DNA from: Mobula hypostoma
Taxonomy: Eukaryota
Direction of reading: 5' to 3'
Assembly (NCBI RefSeq): GCF_963921235.1
Contig: NC_086108.1
Location: 4,030,001 to 4,094,000, forward strand
Length of the DNA stretch: 64,000 bases
The notes beneath the pieces are model-generated. The model worked only from the letters and a program-made list of their open reading frames with translations. It was not told the origin of the DNA and ran no database searches. Positions 1 through 13,095 of this stretch are shown here, in pieces. Numbering within the stretch: position 1 is the first letter of the stretch; the number at the start of each line of letters is the position of its first letter. Made by a program: the position numbers and the translations under genes.

Positions 1-410
1 GTGAAAATGAATTCCACAGATTCACCATTCTCTGGTTAAAGAAATTCCTCCCCATCTCTGTTCTAAAAGGAAACCCCTCTATTCTGAAACTGTGTCCTCT
101 GATCTTCTCCCACCATAGGAAACATCCTCTCGATATCCACTCTGTCAAGGGCTTTCAACATTCGATAGGTTTCAATGGGGTCATTCAATTCGTTCATTCA
201 TCTGAATTCCAGTGTGTACAGACCCAGAGCCATCAAACACTCCTCATATGACAAGACTTTCAATCCTGGAATCATTCTCATGAATCTCCTCTGAACCCTC
301 TCCAATGCCAACACATCCTTACTTAAATAAGGGGCCCAAAACTACTCTCAATATTCCTGGTGAGGCCTCACCAATGTCATATAAAGCCACAACATCACAT
401 CCTAGCTTCT
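1..410 (-). mobile_element. CR1 LINE ORF2 3' fragment (degenerate)
   Basis: Minus strand matches the CR1 C-terminal segment seen in other copies here (LVRPHLEY...FPxVGE...NLWNS). Confidence 0.75.
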
Positions 411-414
411 AATT

Positions 415-1380
415 AGAATCAGGTTTATTATCACCAGCATGCGTCATGAAAGTGTTAACTTAGCAGCAGCAGTTCAATTCAATACATAATATAGAAGAAA
501 AATAATAATAAATAAGTCAATTCCAGTATATGTATATTGAATAGATTATAAATCGTGCAAAAATAGAAATAACACATACCAAAAAGTGAAGTAGTGTTTA
601 TGGGTTTAAAGTCCATTCAGGAATCAGATGGCTGAGGGGAAGAAGCTGTTCCTGAATTGCTGAGTGTGTGCCTTCAGGCTTCTGTACCTCCTGCCTGATG
701 GCGAAAGTGAGAAAAGGGCATGCACTGGGTGCTGGAGGTCGTTAATAATGGACGCTGCCTTTCTGAGACACCACTCCTTGAAGACTAGCACCCAAGATGG
801 AGCCAACTAAATTTAAGTCCCTCTGCAGTTTCTTTCGGTCCTGTGCAGTAGCCCTCCCATACCAGACAGTGATGCAGTCTGTCAGAATGTTCTCCATGGT
901 ACATCTATAGAAGTTTTTGAGTGTTTTTGTTAACATAGCAAATCTCTTCAAACTCCTAATGAAGTATAGTCATTGTCTTGCCTTCTTTGTAATTACATCG
1001 ATATGTTGGGACCAGGTTAGATCCTCAGAGATCTTGACACCCAGGAACTTGAAACTGCCCACACTCTCCACTTCTGATCCCTCTGTGAGGATTGGTGTGT
1101 GTTCCTTCGTCTTACCCTTCCTGAAATCCACAATCAGCTCTTTCGTCTTACTGATGTTGAGTGCCAGGTTGTTGCTGTGACACCACTCCACTAGTTGGCA
1201 TATCTCACTCCTGTTCGCCCTCTCGTCACCACCTGAGATTCCACCAACAATGGTTGTATCGTCAGCAAATTTGTAGATGGTATTTGAGCTGTGCCTAGCC
1301 ACACAGTCACGTATATACGGAGAGTAGAGCAGTGGGCTAAGCATCAGTGTTGATCGTCAGCGAGGAGGAGATACTATCAT
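415..1380 (-). mobile_element. Rex1/Babar-like LINE, 5'-truncated (RT C-terminal half plus 3' UTR)
   Basis: ORF pieces LSPLLYS...[11 protein letters not shown]...KFLGVKISEDLTW...RFRNSFFPSAI; AATAAACCTGATTCT tail; frameshifted. Confidence 0.85.
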
Positions 1381-1639
1381 CATCCGCCCATCACATCCCT
1401 CTGGTGCCCCTTCTCTTTCCCTTTCTTAAAGACCATCACCCCACTGAGGCATTGATCACTGACACCACCTCCCCATTGTCCTCTGTCCTGGCCCAAAGGT
1501 AGATTGGACCTGTGGTTTCCGCTTTCACTACACGCCTTAACACGTCTCCCAGGGATAGGGTCCTTGGAGCTTCTGTGGCTCTGGGTTTTTCCAGGATGGG
1601 TTCTAGCCCCATGCCCAACCCTCCTCCCCTTGCAGCAGG

Positions 1640-1975
1640 CTTGGGACCGTTGATGGTGGAGTTCCACTCTGCCCTCCTATCAGATTCCTTCTTCTTTAGC
1701 CCAGTTTCACATTTCATTCCACCCCCCCCCACCCACCTACCTTCCCCCTCACCTGTTCTCACCTGTCACCTGCCACCTGCCAGTTTGTACTACTCCACCT
1801 TTCCCCAATCTTTTTATCCTGGCTTCTTCCCCTTACTTTCCAGTCCGGATGAAGGGTCTCGATCCAAAAAGTTGACTGTTTATTCATTTCCGTAGATGCT
1901 GCCTGACCTGCTGAGTTCCTCCGGCAGATTGTGTGTATTGCTCGAGATTTCCTGCATCTGCAGAATTTCTTCTTT
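1640..1975 (+). mobile_element. Penelope-like element terminal repeat (non-autonomous copy)
   Basis: Pyrimidine-rich body followed by CAGTCCGGATGAAGGGTCTC...GATGCTGCCTGACCTGCTGAGTTCCTCC, the same as the terminus of the GIY-YIG-bearing element at 34927-36507. Confidence 0.75.
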
Positions 1976-2834
1976 GTGTTTAAGTGGTAGCTCTGATGGC
2001 AAATTCTGCCAAATCTGTTCACTGGAGGGTAATTTTGTCCTGGGGAGATATTAGGCAAATATGCAGAAGCTTGGTCAAAGTTGGTTTCTAGGAGGAGAGG
2101 GAAGTGAGGCGGTTTAGTGAAGGAGTTCCTGTATTTGAGGTCTGGGTATTGAATGCATGCTTGCCATTTAGGAATGGATTACCAGGAGCATTCTGATCCC
2201 TGATGGTTGGATGGGGAATTGAGGTACCATAGAATGGCAACATGAGATATAGGAGCAGAATTAGGCCACTCTACCATTCAACCATAGCTCAATCCTTCTC
2301 AACCACACTCTCATCCCGTAACCTATTACACCCTTACGAAACTGGAAGCAATCTACCTCCGCTTTAAATATACCCAGTGACTTGGCCACTGCCAAAGACC
2401 ATAGACTGTTTGACCCATTGAATCTTTTCCACCGTTCCATCATGGCTGATTTATTATCCCTCTCAACCCCATTCTCCTGCCTTTTCCCCACAACCTTTGA
2501 CACCCTGACTAGTCAAGAACCTATCAACCTCCACTTTAAATATACCCATTTGCTGGGCCTCTACATAAGGTCATAAAATGTAGGAGTGGATTCAGCCTCA
2601 GTCATTAGGGCTCATTTATTAACCCTCCTAACCCCATTTCCCTGCCTTCTCTCTGTAACTTTTGACACCCTTACTAATCAAGAACTAATCAATCTCTACT
2701 TTAAAATATACTCAAAGACTTGGCCTCCACAGTTGTCTGTAATGAATTCTTCAGATTCACTACCCTCAGGTTAAAAAGCAATTCCTCCTCATCTCTGTTC
2801 TAAAAGGACATTCCTCTATTCTGAGGCTGTGTAC

Positions 2835-3285
2835 TCTGGTCCTAGACTCCCCCACTACAGGAAACATCCTCTCCATATCCACTGTATCTGTGCTCTCTGG
2901 TCCTAGACTCCCCCCACTATAGGAAACATCCTCTCCATATCCACTGTATCTGTACCCTCTGGTCCTAGACTCCCCCACTATAGGAAACATCCTCTCCACA
3001 TCCACTCTATCTGTGTCCTCTGGTCCTAGACTCCCCCCACTATAGGAAACATCCTCTCCACATCCACTCTATCTGTGCCCTCTGGTCCTAGATTCCCCCC
3101 ACTATCGGAAACATCCTCTCCACATCCACTCTATCTGTGCCCTCTGGTCCTAGACTCCCCCACCATAGGAAATATCCTCTCCACATCCACTCTATCTGTG
3201 CTCTCTGGTCCTAGACTCCCCCCACTACACAAAACATCTTCTCCACATCCACTCTATCTGTATCCTCTATTCCTAGACTCCCCCT
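2835..3285. repeat. ~58-59 bp tandem array (~8 units) derived from the CR1 ORF2 3' end
   Basis: Unit TCTGGTCCTAGACTCCCCCACTATAGGAAACATCCTCTCCACATCCACTCTATCTGTGCCC; minus strand encodes DVERMFPIVGESRTRGH of CR1. Confidence 0.9.
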
Positions 3286-3479
3286 CTATTTGTTATTTTG
3301 CATCAGAAATTCAGTGCAAAGACATAAAATTACTATACAAAATAAATAAAAAGTGTGAAATTAAAAAAAGATTAATGAAGTAATAATCCCAAAGTAGAAA
3401 ACTGTAGGTGCTGATGTAGTGTCACTGACTGGCATGATGGCTCAGTTTCTCTCTCTCTCCATAGCTGCTGCCTTACCTG

Positions 3480-4481
3480 TTTGACCTCTGTCTCCCTCTC
3501 CATCCTCCTGTTCCTCGCCTTTCCTTTCCCGTCCCATCCCCTCGCCCTCACCCAGCCCCTTCTCTTCCCCATCACCCTCCATCCCACTCCCCCCTCCCCT
3601 CACCCTCTGCCCCCTCCCCTCCCCTCTCCTTCCCTCTCTGCTCCCCCCCTCCCTCTCTCCCAGCTGGTCTCCCTCCCTCCCTGGCTACCTCCGTCCCTGT
3701 CTTTCTCCCGCTGTCTCTCTCATTCTTCCTCCCCCTCCCTCTTTCTCTCCCTCTCTCTTCCTCCCCTTCCCTCTTTCTCTCTCTCCCTCTTCCTCCCCCT
3801 CCCTCTTCCTTCCACTCCCTCTTTCTCCCCCTCCCTTTCTCCCCCTCCCTCTTTCTCTCTCCCTCTTCCTCTCTCTCCCTCTTCCTCCCCCTCCCTCTTC
3901 CTTCCCCTCCCTCTTCCTCCCCCTCCCTCTTCCTTCCCCTCCCTCTTTCTCTCTCTCCCTCTTCCTTCCCCTCCCTCTTCCTTCCCCTCCCTCTTTCTCC
4001 CCCTCCCTCTTTCTCTCCCTCCCTCTTCCTCCCCCTCTTTCTTTCTCTCTCCCTCTCTCTCTCTCCCTCTTCCTCCCCCTCCCTCTTTCTCCCTCTCCCT
4101 CTCTCCCTCTTCCTCCTCCTCCCTCTTCCTCCCCCTCCCTCTTTCTCTCTCTCCCTCTCTCTCTCTCCCTCTTCCTCCCCCTCTCTTCCTCCCCCTCTCT
4201 TCCTCCCCCTCTCTCTTCCTCCCCTCTCTCTTCCTCCTCCTCCCTCTTTCTCCCCCTCCCTCTTTCTCCCCCTCCCTCTTTCTCTCCCTCCCTCTTCCTC
4301 CCCTCCCTCTTTCTCTCTCTCCCTCTTTCTCTCCCTCCCCCTCCCTCTTTCTCTCTCTCCCTCTTCCTCCCCCTCCCTCTTCCTTCCCCTTCCTCTTTCT
4401 CCCCCTCCCGCTTTCTCCCCTCCCTCTTCCTCCCCATCCTTCTTTCTCTCTCTCCCTCTTCCTCCCCCTCCCTTTTCCTCC

Positions 4482-4518
<37 letters not shown>

Positions 4519-4552
4519 TCTCTCTCCCTCTCTCCCTCTCTCCCTCTCTTTT
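3480..4552. repeat. ~1 kb polypyrimidine/polypurine (CT-rich) low-complexity tract
   Basis: Almost exclusively C/T on the + strand; explains the spurious Pro/Ser/Leu and Arg/Glu/Gly ORFs. Confidence 0.95.
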
Positions 4553-4769
4553 CATGGCAGTGCTGCAGTAGTTGGAATCCAGATGCCGAGGTGCTGTTAT
4601 CCAAGAATGTTACAACAAGTTTTGGTTACCACAATTGTAACATTCACTTGGATCTGAGAGATGGCATAGTCTCGATGGAAAGAATGGCCTCCTATTTGAT
4701 AAGAAATATGTGCGGACTTATCATTTATTCATTGATATATTGATTGATTGATACAGCACCAGACAGGCA

Positions 4770-5015
4770 CAACTGGCCGCGTCGCCCAGCAACCCAGCTA
4801 TTCAAGACAGAGTCCGGACTGCACAATTGCCAGTGACAGATTAAACCACCAACTGGTATGCATTTGGACTGTGGGAAGAAAGCAGTGCGTCTGGAGGAAA
4901 TCACAGTCACAGGGAGAATGTACAAAGTCCTTACCGACGGCAGCAGAATTGGACTCCAAACTTCGCCACCCAGGCTGTAGTAGCGTTGTGCTATCGGCTA
5001 CGGTGACGTGGCGCT
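4770..5015 (-). mobile_element. tRNA-derived SINE (HE1/V-SINE-like), diverged
   Basis: Reverse-complement similarity to the SINE at 61445 (GATAGCACAACGC head, TCCTCCCACAGTCCAAA core, GGTTTAAT). Confidence 0.6.
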
Positions 5016-5744
5016 CCGTACTGAACAAGCGTAGTTAAGTGATTGTCAGCACCGTACCCTTGGAAGGAGCTGGTCATCTATTGACCTCTGTTTCTGTTTT
5101 GGGACTGATCACCCCAAGGTTTGGTTGAGGTGTCCATTGGTACCTCATTTGATCTGTAATGAGGCGATTTAGTATAATCACCTGTGATATTTTAGAAGTA
5201 GAGAGAGTGGTATTCATTGTCCTTGTAGACTCTGATAGTGACCTCGAGCGCAGTAATGCCCTCTCTTCCTGTCATCAGTCAGCTTGATGCTCGACTTGTA
5301 GCGTGGTGTGTGTGAGTGGGTGGGAGGGAGGAGCAGGGCCTGTTTTGCCGGTTTTTTGTTGTTTATTGTGTTCTGTGTTGTTCTGCTGAACACTGAGGGC
5401 GTGCTATGTTGGTGCCAGAATGTGTGGCGAGACTTGCGGTCTGCCCCCAGCTCATCCTTGAGTTAGAAACATAGAAAACCTACAACACAATACAGGCCCT
5501 TCGGCCCACAATGCTGTGCCGAACATGTACTTACTTTAGAAATTACCTAGGCTTACCCATAGCCCTCTGTTTTTCTAAGCTCCAGGAGTCTCTTAAAAGA
5601 CCCTATTGTACCTGCCAGAGTTGTGGTGGTTTTTAAACGCAAACAACGCATTTCATTGTGTGTTTCGATGTATGTGTGATAAGTAGAGTTCAAGGTCAAG
5701 TCAAGTTTACTGTCATTTAACTATATACATGTAGACTGTCAAAC

Positions 5745-5965
5745 GAGCCGTGTCACCCAGCAACCTACTGATTTAACCCTAGCCTAATCATGGCACAGTT
5801 TACAATGATCAACTAACCTACCAACGGGCCGGTCTGCACTGTGGGAGGAGACCAGAGCACCCGGAGGAAACCCACACAGTCATGGGGCAGAATGTACAGA
5901 CTCCTCATAAGAAGCTCTGGGAATTCACCCCAGGTCGCTGGTACCGTAAAGCACGACCGCGCCAT
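5745..5965 (-). mobile_element. tRNA-derived SINE (HE1/V-SINE-like)
   Basis: Minus strand ...GTGTGGGTTTCCTCCGGGTGCTCTGGTCTCCTCCCACAG...TAGGTTAGTTGATCATTGTAAACTG, the V-SINE central domain. Confidence 0.7.
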
Positions 5966-8900
5966 TAACGTTTACTACTTGTCGTATCAAAGTAAACCTC
6001 CCTGCCAAGTTCCTGTGCGGTGAGGTGAATATTTACATTTGAGGCACTGTCTGTATAAGGATCGTTCCCCGAACACCGTAAGACAAGCAGTAGAATTAGG
6101 CCATTCGGCTCATCGAGTCTGCTCTGTCATTCCATCACAGCTGATTATTATCCCTCTCAACCCTATTCTCCTGCCTTCTCCCTGTAATCATTGACACCCT
6201 GGCTAATGGAGCACCTATCAGCCCCTGCTTTAAACTATACTGAGTGACCTGGACTCCACGGCTGTCTGTGGCAGTAACCTCCACTACCCCTCCTCCCCTA
6301 CGATCACCAAATGCACCGGGAACAATGTACAGCAGCACAAATTATTCTGCAGAATCTGTTGTTTATAACTTCAAAGTGCATTTTGTTACACTTGCCAATC
6401 ACTTATTAGGCCGCGGTATGTTGTGGTTAGCGCGGGTGGCGCTCTTACAGCTTGGGGTATTGGAGTTTGGAGTTCAATTCTGGTGCGTCCTTCCTGCGAG
6501 CATGTGAGTTTTAAAAGCATATGAACATCAGAAATAGGAGCAGGAGTCGGCCATCTGGCCCGTCGAGCCTGCTCCACCATTCAGTAAGATCATGGCTGAT
6601 CTGACCATGGAATCACCTCCACCTACCTGCCTTTTCCCCATAACTCTTAATTCCTCTACTATGCAAAAATCTATCCAACCTTGTCTTAAATATATTTGCT
6701 GAGGTAGCCTCCACTGCTTCATTGGGCAGAGAATTCCACAGATTCACCACTCTCTGGGAAACGCAATACCTCCTCAACTTCATCCTAAATCTACTCCCCC
6801 GAATCTTGAGGCTATGTTCCCTAGTTCTAGGCTCACCTACCAATGGAAACAACTTTCCTGCCTCTATCTTATCTGTCCCTTTCATAATCTTATATGTTTC
6901 TATAAGATCTCCACTTTTTCTTCCGCATTCCTGTGAGTACAGTCCCAGACGACTCAATCTCTCCTCATAGTCTGACCCCCTCATCCCTGGAATCAACTTG
7001 GTGACCCTCCTCTGCACCGTCTCCAAAGCCAGTATACCCTCCCTCAAGTAAGGAGATCAGAAATGCACGCAGTACTCCAGGTGCGGCCTCACCAGTACCC
7101 TGTACAGTTGCAACATAACCTCCCTGCTCTTGAATTCAATCCCTCTAGCAATGAAGGCCAACATTCCAGTTGCCTTCTTGATAACCTGCTACACCTGCAA
7201 ACCAACCTTTTGTCATTCATGCACAAGCACTCCCAAGTCCTTCTGTACAGCAGTATTCTGCAATTTTTTTACCATTTAAAAAATAATCTGTTCTTCCATT
7301 TTTCCTTCCAAAGTGGATGACCTTGTATTTACCAACATTGTACTCCATCTGCCACACCTTTGCCCACTCACTTAACCTATCTATACCTCTCTGCAGACTT
7401 TCCATTTCTTCTGCACAATTTGCTTTTCCACTCAACTTAGTATCATCAGCAAACGTGGGTACATTACACTCAGTCCGCTCTTCCAGATCGTTAATGTATA
7501 TTGTGAACAGTTGAGGGCCCAGCACTGACCCCTGCAACACACCACTCACCACTGATTGCCAACCAGAGAAACACCCATGTATCCCAACTCTATTAGTTAA
7601 CCAATCCTCTATCCATGCTAATACATCACCCCCAACTCTATGCATCCTTATCTTATGGATAAGTCTTTTATGTGGCACCTTATCGAACACCTTCTGGAAA
7701 TCCAAATAAATAACATCCATCTGTTCCCCTCTATCTACTGTGCTTGTTATATTCTCAAAGAACTCCAGTAAGTTTGTCAAACAGGACCTGCCTTTGCTGA
7801 ATCCATTCTACATCTGCCTGATGGATCCATTTCTTTCCAGATGCTTCACTATTTCTTCTTTAATGATAACTTCAAGCATTTCTCAACTACATGTTAAACT
7901 CACTGGCATATAGTCACCTGCCTTTTGCCTACATCCTGTTTTGAACAGTGGCGTGACATTCACCAGCTTCCAATCTGCTGAGACCTGCCCAGAGTCCAGA
8001 GAGTTTTGGTAAATTATCAGCAAAGCCTCTACTATCTGCCATTTCTTTCAGTACCCTGGGATGCATTCCATCAGGATCAGGGGATTTATCTATCTTCAGG
8101 CCCACAAGTTAGCTCAGCACTACCTGCTTAGTGATAGCTATTGTATCGAGGTCCTCAGCTCCCATCACATCCATAACATCTCTCTTTGGCATGTTAGATG
8201 TGTCCTCCACCGTAAAGACTGACAGAAAATAATCATTCAAAGCCTCTTCCATTTCCTCGTTACCCAATATCAATTCCCGCTTCTCATCCTCTAAGGGACC
8301 TACGTTCACTTTTTCCACCCTTTTCTGCTTTATTTAAGTACAAAACTTTTACTATCTGTTTTTATATTTTGTACTAGTTTATTTTCATAATCTACCTTCC
8401 CTTTCTTTATTGCTCGCTTGGTGGTACTTTGTTGCTTTTTAAAGTTTTCCCAATCTTCCAGTTTCCCACTACTCTTGGCAACTTTGTATGCACGAGCTTT
8501 TAGTTTGATGCCTTCTTTTATTTCCTTAGTTATCCAAGGCTGGCTCTCCCCACCCTTACTGTCCTTGCTGTTAACTGGAATATACTTCTGTTGAGCACCG
8601 TGAAAAATCTCTTTGAAAGTCGTCCACTGTTCCTCAACTGTCCCACCATATAGGCTGTGTTCCCAGTCTACACTAGCCAAATCCTCCCTCATCCCATTGT
8701 CTCCCATTGTAGTCTCCATTGTTTAGGTATAATACACTGGTTTTAGATCAAACTATCGCACCCTCTATTTGTATGGGAAACTCAGTCATACTGTGATCAC
8801 TCTTTCCAAGAGGATCCCTAACTACAAGATCACTAATTTTACCTGTCTCATTGCACAGGACAAGATCCAAGATAGCACGTTCCCTTGTAGGTTCGGTAAC

Positions 8901-9261
8901 ATGCTTTTTAAGAAAGCTATCACGTATGCATTCTATGAAGTCCTCCTCAAGACTGCCTCGACCAACTTGATTCACCCAGTCTATGTGCAAGTTAAAGTCT
9001 CCGATGACAATTGCTGTTCCATTGTTACATGCCTCAGATATTTCTCTGTTTATTGCCAGTAATGTTATTATTCAGTGGCCGATAGACAACTCCCGCCAGT
9101 GATTTTTTTCCCTTTATTATTCCTAATCTCTACCCAGATGGATTCAACATTCTGCTCCTTAGATCTTATATCGCCTCTCACTAGCACCCTGATCTCATCT
9201 TTAATTAAGAGTGCTATCCCACCTCTCTTACTTCCTGCCTATCCTTCCATACCTGATATCC

Positions 9262-10481
9262 TTGGATATTCTGCATTGAGGTCGGTGACCAGTGGTGTGC
9301 CTCTGGGATCCCTCCTGGGACCCCTGCTCTCGTGATTTTTATAAATGACCTGGATGAGGAGATGGAGGAATGGGTTAGTAAATTTGTTGATGACACAAAG
9401 TTTGGGGGTGTTGTGGATAGTGGCTGACAGAGGTTATAGCAGGACATTGATAGGATGCAAAACTGGGCTGAGAAGTGGCAGATGGAGTTCAACCCAGATA
9501 AGTGTGAGGTGGTTCATTTTGGTAGGTCAAATATGATGGCAGAATGTAGTATTAATGGTAAGACTCTTGGCAGTGTGGAGGATCAGAGGGATCTTGGGGT
9601 CTGAGTCCATAGGACACTCAAAGCTGCTGTGCAGGTTAACTCTGTGGTTACGAAGGCATACGGTGTATTGGCCTTCATCAACCATGGGATTGAGTTTAGG
9701 AACCCAGAGATAATGATGCAGCTATATAGGACCCTGGTCAGACCCCACTTGGAGTACTGTGCTCAGTTCTGGTCGCCTCACTACAGGAAGGACGTGGAAA
9801 CCACAGAAAGGGTGCAGAGGAGACTTACAAGGATGTTGCCTGGATTGGGGAGCATGCCTTACGAGAACAGATTGAGTGAACTCGGCCTTTATTCCTTGGA
9901 GCGATGGAGGATGAGAGGTGACCTGATAGAGGTGTACGAGATATGAGAGGAATTGATCATGTGGATAGTTAGAGGCTTTTTCCCAGGGCTGAAATGGCTA
10001 ACACGAGAGGGCACAGTTTTAAGGTGCTTGGAAGTAGGTACAGAGGAGATGTCAGGGGTAAGTTTTTAATGCAGAGAGTGGTGAGTGCATGGAATGGGCT
10101 GCTGGCGACGGTGGTGGAGGTGGAAATGATAGGATCTTTTAAGAGACTCCTGGATAGGTACATGGAGCTTAGAAAATTAGAGGGCTATGGGTAACCGTAG
10201 GTAATTTCTAAGGCAGGGATCGGCAACTTTTTTTGCCTCTGTGGGCCGGATCACATATTAATGAGCGGACGGTGGGCCAGATAAATGCAATAAAAACTTG
10301 AAATATGGGAATTATTCATTTAAATACATCTAGTTATGTTTTGCCTCAAATTAATGGATAACACATGCTGGAAAATCATTTGTGCTTGAGGTTGCCTACT
10401 CCTGTTCTAAGGTAAGGACATGTTCAGCATAGACTTGTGGGCCGAAGGGCCTGTATTGGCTATAGATTTTCTATCTTTCTA
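9262..10481 (+). mobile_element. CR1 LINE (family C), 5'-truncated, inserted into CR1 family B
   Basis: SGVPLGSLLGP...LVRPHLEYCAQFWSPHYRKD...; TTTCTAT tail; host CR1 sequence resumes at ~10481. Confidence 0.9.
10214..10404. mobile_element. hAT-family MITE
   Basis: Terminal inverted repeats (TIRs) CAGGGATCGGCAAC / GTTGCCTACTCCTG; perfect 8-bp TSD TTCTAAGG (10206-10213, 10405-10412). Confidence 0.9.
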
Positions 10482-11958
10482 TTTAATTCCCAGTCCTCTC
10501 CACCCTGCAACCACGTTTCTGTAATAGCCACTAAATCATACCCATTTGTACTGATTTGTGCCACAAGTTCATTGACCTTGTTTCGAATACTACAGGCATT
10601 CAAATAAAGTGCCCTTTCACTCATTGTGCTTTGAAAATCTTGTAATCTTTTACTTTTACATGTGACTTTTCTTCACTCCATTCTTACTTTTCTCTTTTTT
10701 AACTTTTGCCTTTTCTTTACCTTTATCCACAATTTTCTTTTTTACTTTATCCATACTTCTCCAATCTGTTGAATCCACCCCCCCTGCTATTTAGTTTAAA
10801 GCCCTATCCACAGCGCTAGTTATGTGATTAACCAGGTCCCATTGGTTCAGCTCCCTCCTTCCCCAGTACTGGTGCCAATTTCCCATGAGTTCAAACCCAC
10901 TTCTCCCACACCGATCCTTGAGCCTCGCATTTAACTCTCTAATCTTCTTGACCCTATGCCAATTCACATGTTGCTCAGGTAGTGATCCAGAGATTACTAC
11001 CTTTTTGATTCTGCTTTTTAATTTAGTTCTTAGCTGCTCAAAATCCCTCAGCAGAACCTCTTTCCACGACAACTGGATCTTTCCCCTCCCACTGAAAATT
11101 CCTCTGCAGGTCAGATAAGATGTCCCGAACCCGGGCACCAGGCAGGCAACACAGCTTTTGGGAATTTTTATCCTTGTGACAGAGAACTCTGTCTATTCCC
11201 CTGACTATACTATCCCCAATTACCGCTGCATTTCTCTTCTATTCCCCCCCCCCCACCTCTTAAATGGCTCCCTGAACCACAGTGCCACAGTTAGGTTGCT
11301 GATCCTTCCTACAGCCCCCACTCTCATCCACACAGGGAGCAAGAATCTCAGACCTGCTGGACAAGCCCAAGGGCTGAGGCTCCTCCAACACTGGGATCCC
11401 ACTACCCACCTCACTCACAGTCACACCCTCTTGTCCCTGACCACAGACCGAATTTGAGGCAGCTAATCTAATGGGTATGACTCCCTCCTGAAACAGAGAA
11501 TCCAGGGAACTCTCCCCCTCCCTGATGTGCCGCAGTGTCTGAAGCTCAGATCCCAGGTCATCAACTTTGAGCCAGAGTACCTCGAGCAGCCAACACTTGC
11601 TGCAGATGTGATCACCAGGAAGCACATTGAGGTCCACCAGCTCCCATGTCATGCAGCTACAGCACATCACCTGATCCTGCATCATCCCTACTTTATTTAA
11701 TTAGCTGTAATTTAGTGACTTTTTATTCAACCACCACAAAAGCCTTACTTGCCACTTACCTGTGCCTCCTCGCTGAAGCCTCAAATTCCCACTCCTAAAC
11801 TGGTCCACTCACACAATGGCCGCTCCACTTTGACCCTGCTTGACTTTTATTTGCTCCTGCTAATGAATCGCGGATCGATTGGTCCACCACTAATGCACCG
11901 ATCCCCACGAAACGCTCCTTTTTTTAAAACTCTTCTCCCCAACGTGTGCAAAGCTCTT

Positions 11959-11994
<36 letters not shown>

Positions 11995-12999
11995 CCTCTC
12001 CCTCTCCCTCTCTCCCACTCCTCCCAGATTGATTGGTCCACTGCTAATGTTCTGGGTGCGCCGGTTTCCTCCCACATTCAAAGGATGTACCTGCTGTGTA
12101 TTTGATATTTCAATAACATTTGAATATTCTTGTATATATGTATATTTGATTAAGCAATCTTGTTCGCTTAAATAATTCATTATGGGTTATATATGTGAAT
12201 TTCATACATCATCACGCTACCATGCGATACACGCGCACCTCGCTTGAAGTAAGCACACAGTAAAGCGGAGGCAAAAGTCGAGCCAGTTCTGCTCCGAGGC
12301 GTTTTTACTCTGCTCTCCTCTGCGCTGGGGCTGCGTCCTGGTCCGATTGCTCCGGTTTGCCCCTCTGTGTGATGAGCTGAGACAGAGGCTCCAGGCTTCC
12401 TCTGGCTGCTCTGGCTTCGGGCTTCTGAGCTCAGTTTTGTTCCGAATGCTGTGGCTTGCTTTATTGTTTGCACGATTTGCTTTTTTCCCTTCTCTCTCTG
12501 TGCATTAACTGTTGGTCTTTTTTTAATTGGGCTCTTTCCAATTTCTAGTTTTGCAGGTGCCTGTAAGGAGGTTTGTATAATGTGTACCTACTTTGATAAT
12601 AAATGTACTTTGAAGTGAGGCCCACATTACCAGACTCCCATGTCCTTTGAATTAGATTAATGTTTTGAAGTTAGAAAATATAACAAAACCAGTTGCTAGG
12701 TTAATTGGGTCATTGTAAATTGTCCTGTGATTAGGCCATGGTTAAACAGTTGGGTTGCTGGGTTGGGCAGGAAGGGCCTGATCCACATTGAATATCTAAA
12801 TACTGTAAAATGTTTAAAAATTCATTTGTTGCTCTTGCTATTGACTTATTAGTAGGGCAGAAACTCGTCATCGAGGGCAGAGTGTACCTTGTCAATACAG
12901 ACTCTCAGTATCTAATAATGTCAAACTGTGACAAGATGTTCAGAGTGAGTAACAGGCTCTCATGAACTCTCCCACGACGTCTCTTTTGTTTTCTTTCAG

Positions 13000-13095
13000 C
13001 TGGCGATTGTTACAGCCGTTAGTGATTCATTTACTCTCTCCCTCTCCCTTGGGTTCATTCTCTGACCTCGGCTGCAATTCATATCAAGTAATTGG
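13000..13095 (+). other. Candidate internal exon (96 nt) of an unidentified host transcript
   Basis: Acceptor CTCTTTTGTTTTCTTTCAG, donor G|GTAAGT, non-repeat context; one open frame (WRLLQPLVIHLLSPSPLGSFSDLGCNSYQVIG); no homolog recognised. Confidence 0.35.

Larger units (their letters stand above)
6515..11940 (-). mobile_element. Near full-length CR1 LINE (family B), degenerate, interrupted at 9262-10481
   Basis: ORF1 remnants (CCSCxxWE...ICSKC zinc-finger-like; esterase GFELMGNWHQYWGR) at 10791-11685; ORF2 endonuclease (LDLVLCNE, SDH) and RT (YLDFQKVFDKVPH, FADDTK) fragments; 3' tail near 6520. Confidence 0.9.

Noticed and set aside
3481..4743. 420-aa Pro/Ser/Leu ORF and antisense Arg/Glu/Gly ORFs
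   Set aside because: Products of a CT-only tract that cannot contain stop codons.
12085..12265. Possible solo-LTR fragment (related inverted piece near 41930-42090)
   Set aside because: Similarity visible but TG...CA ends and TSD could not be established.
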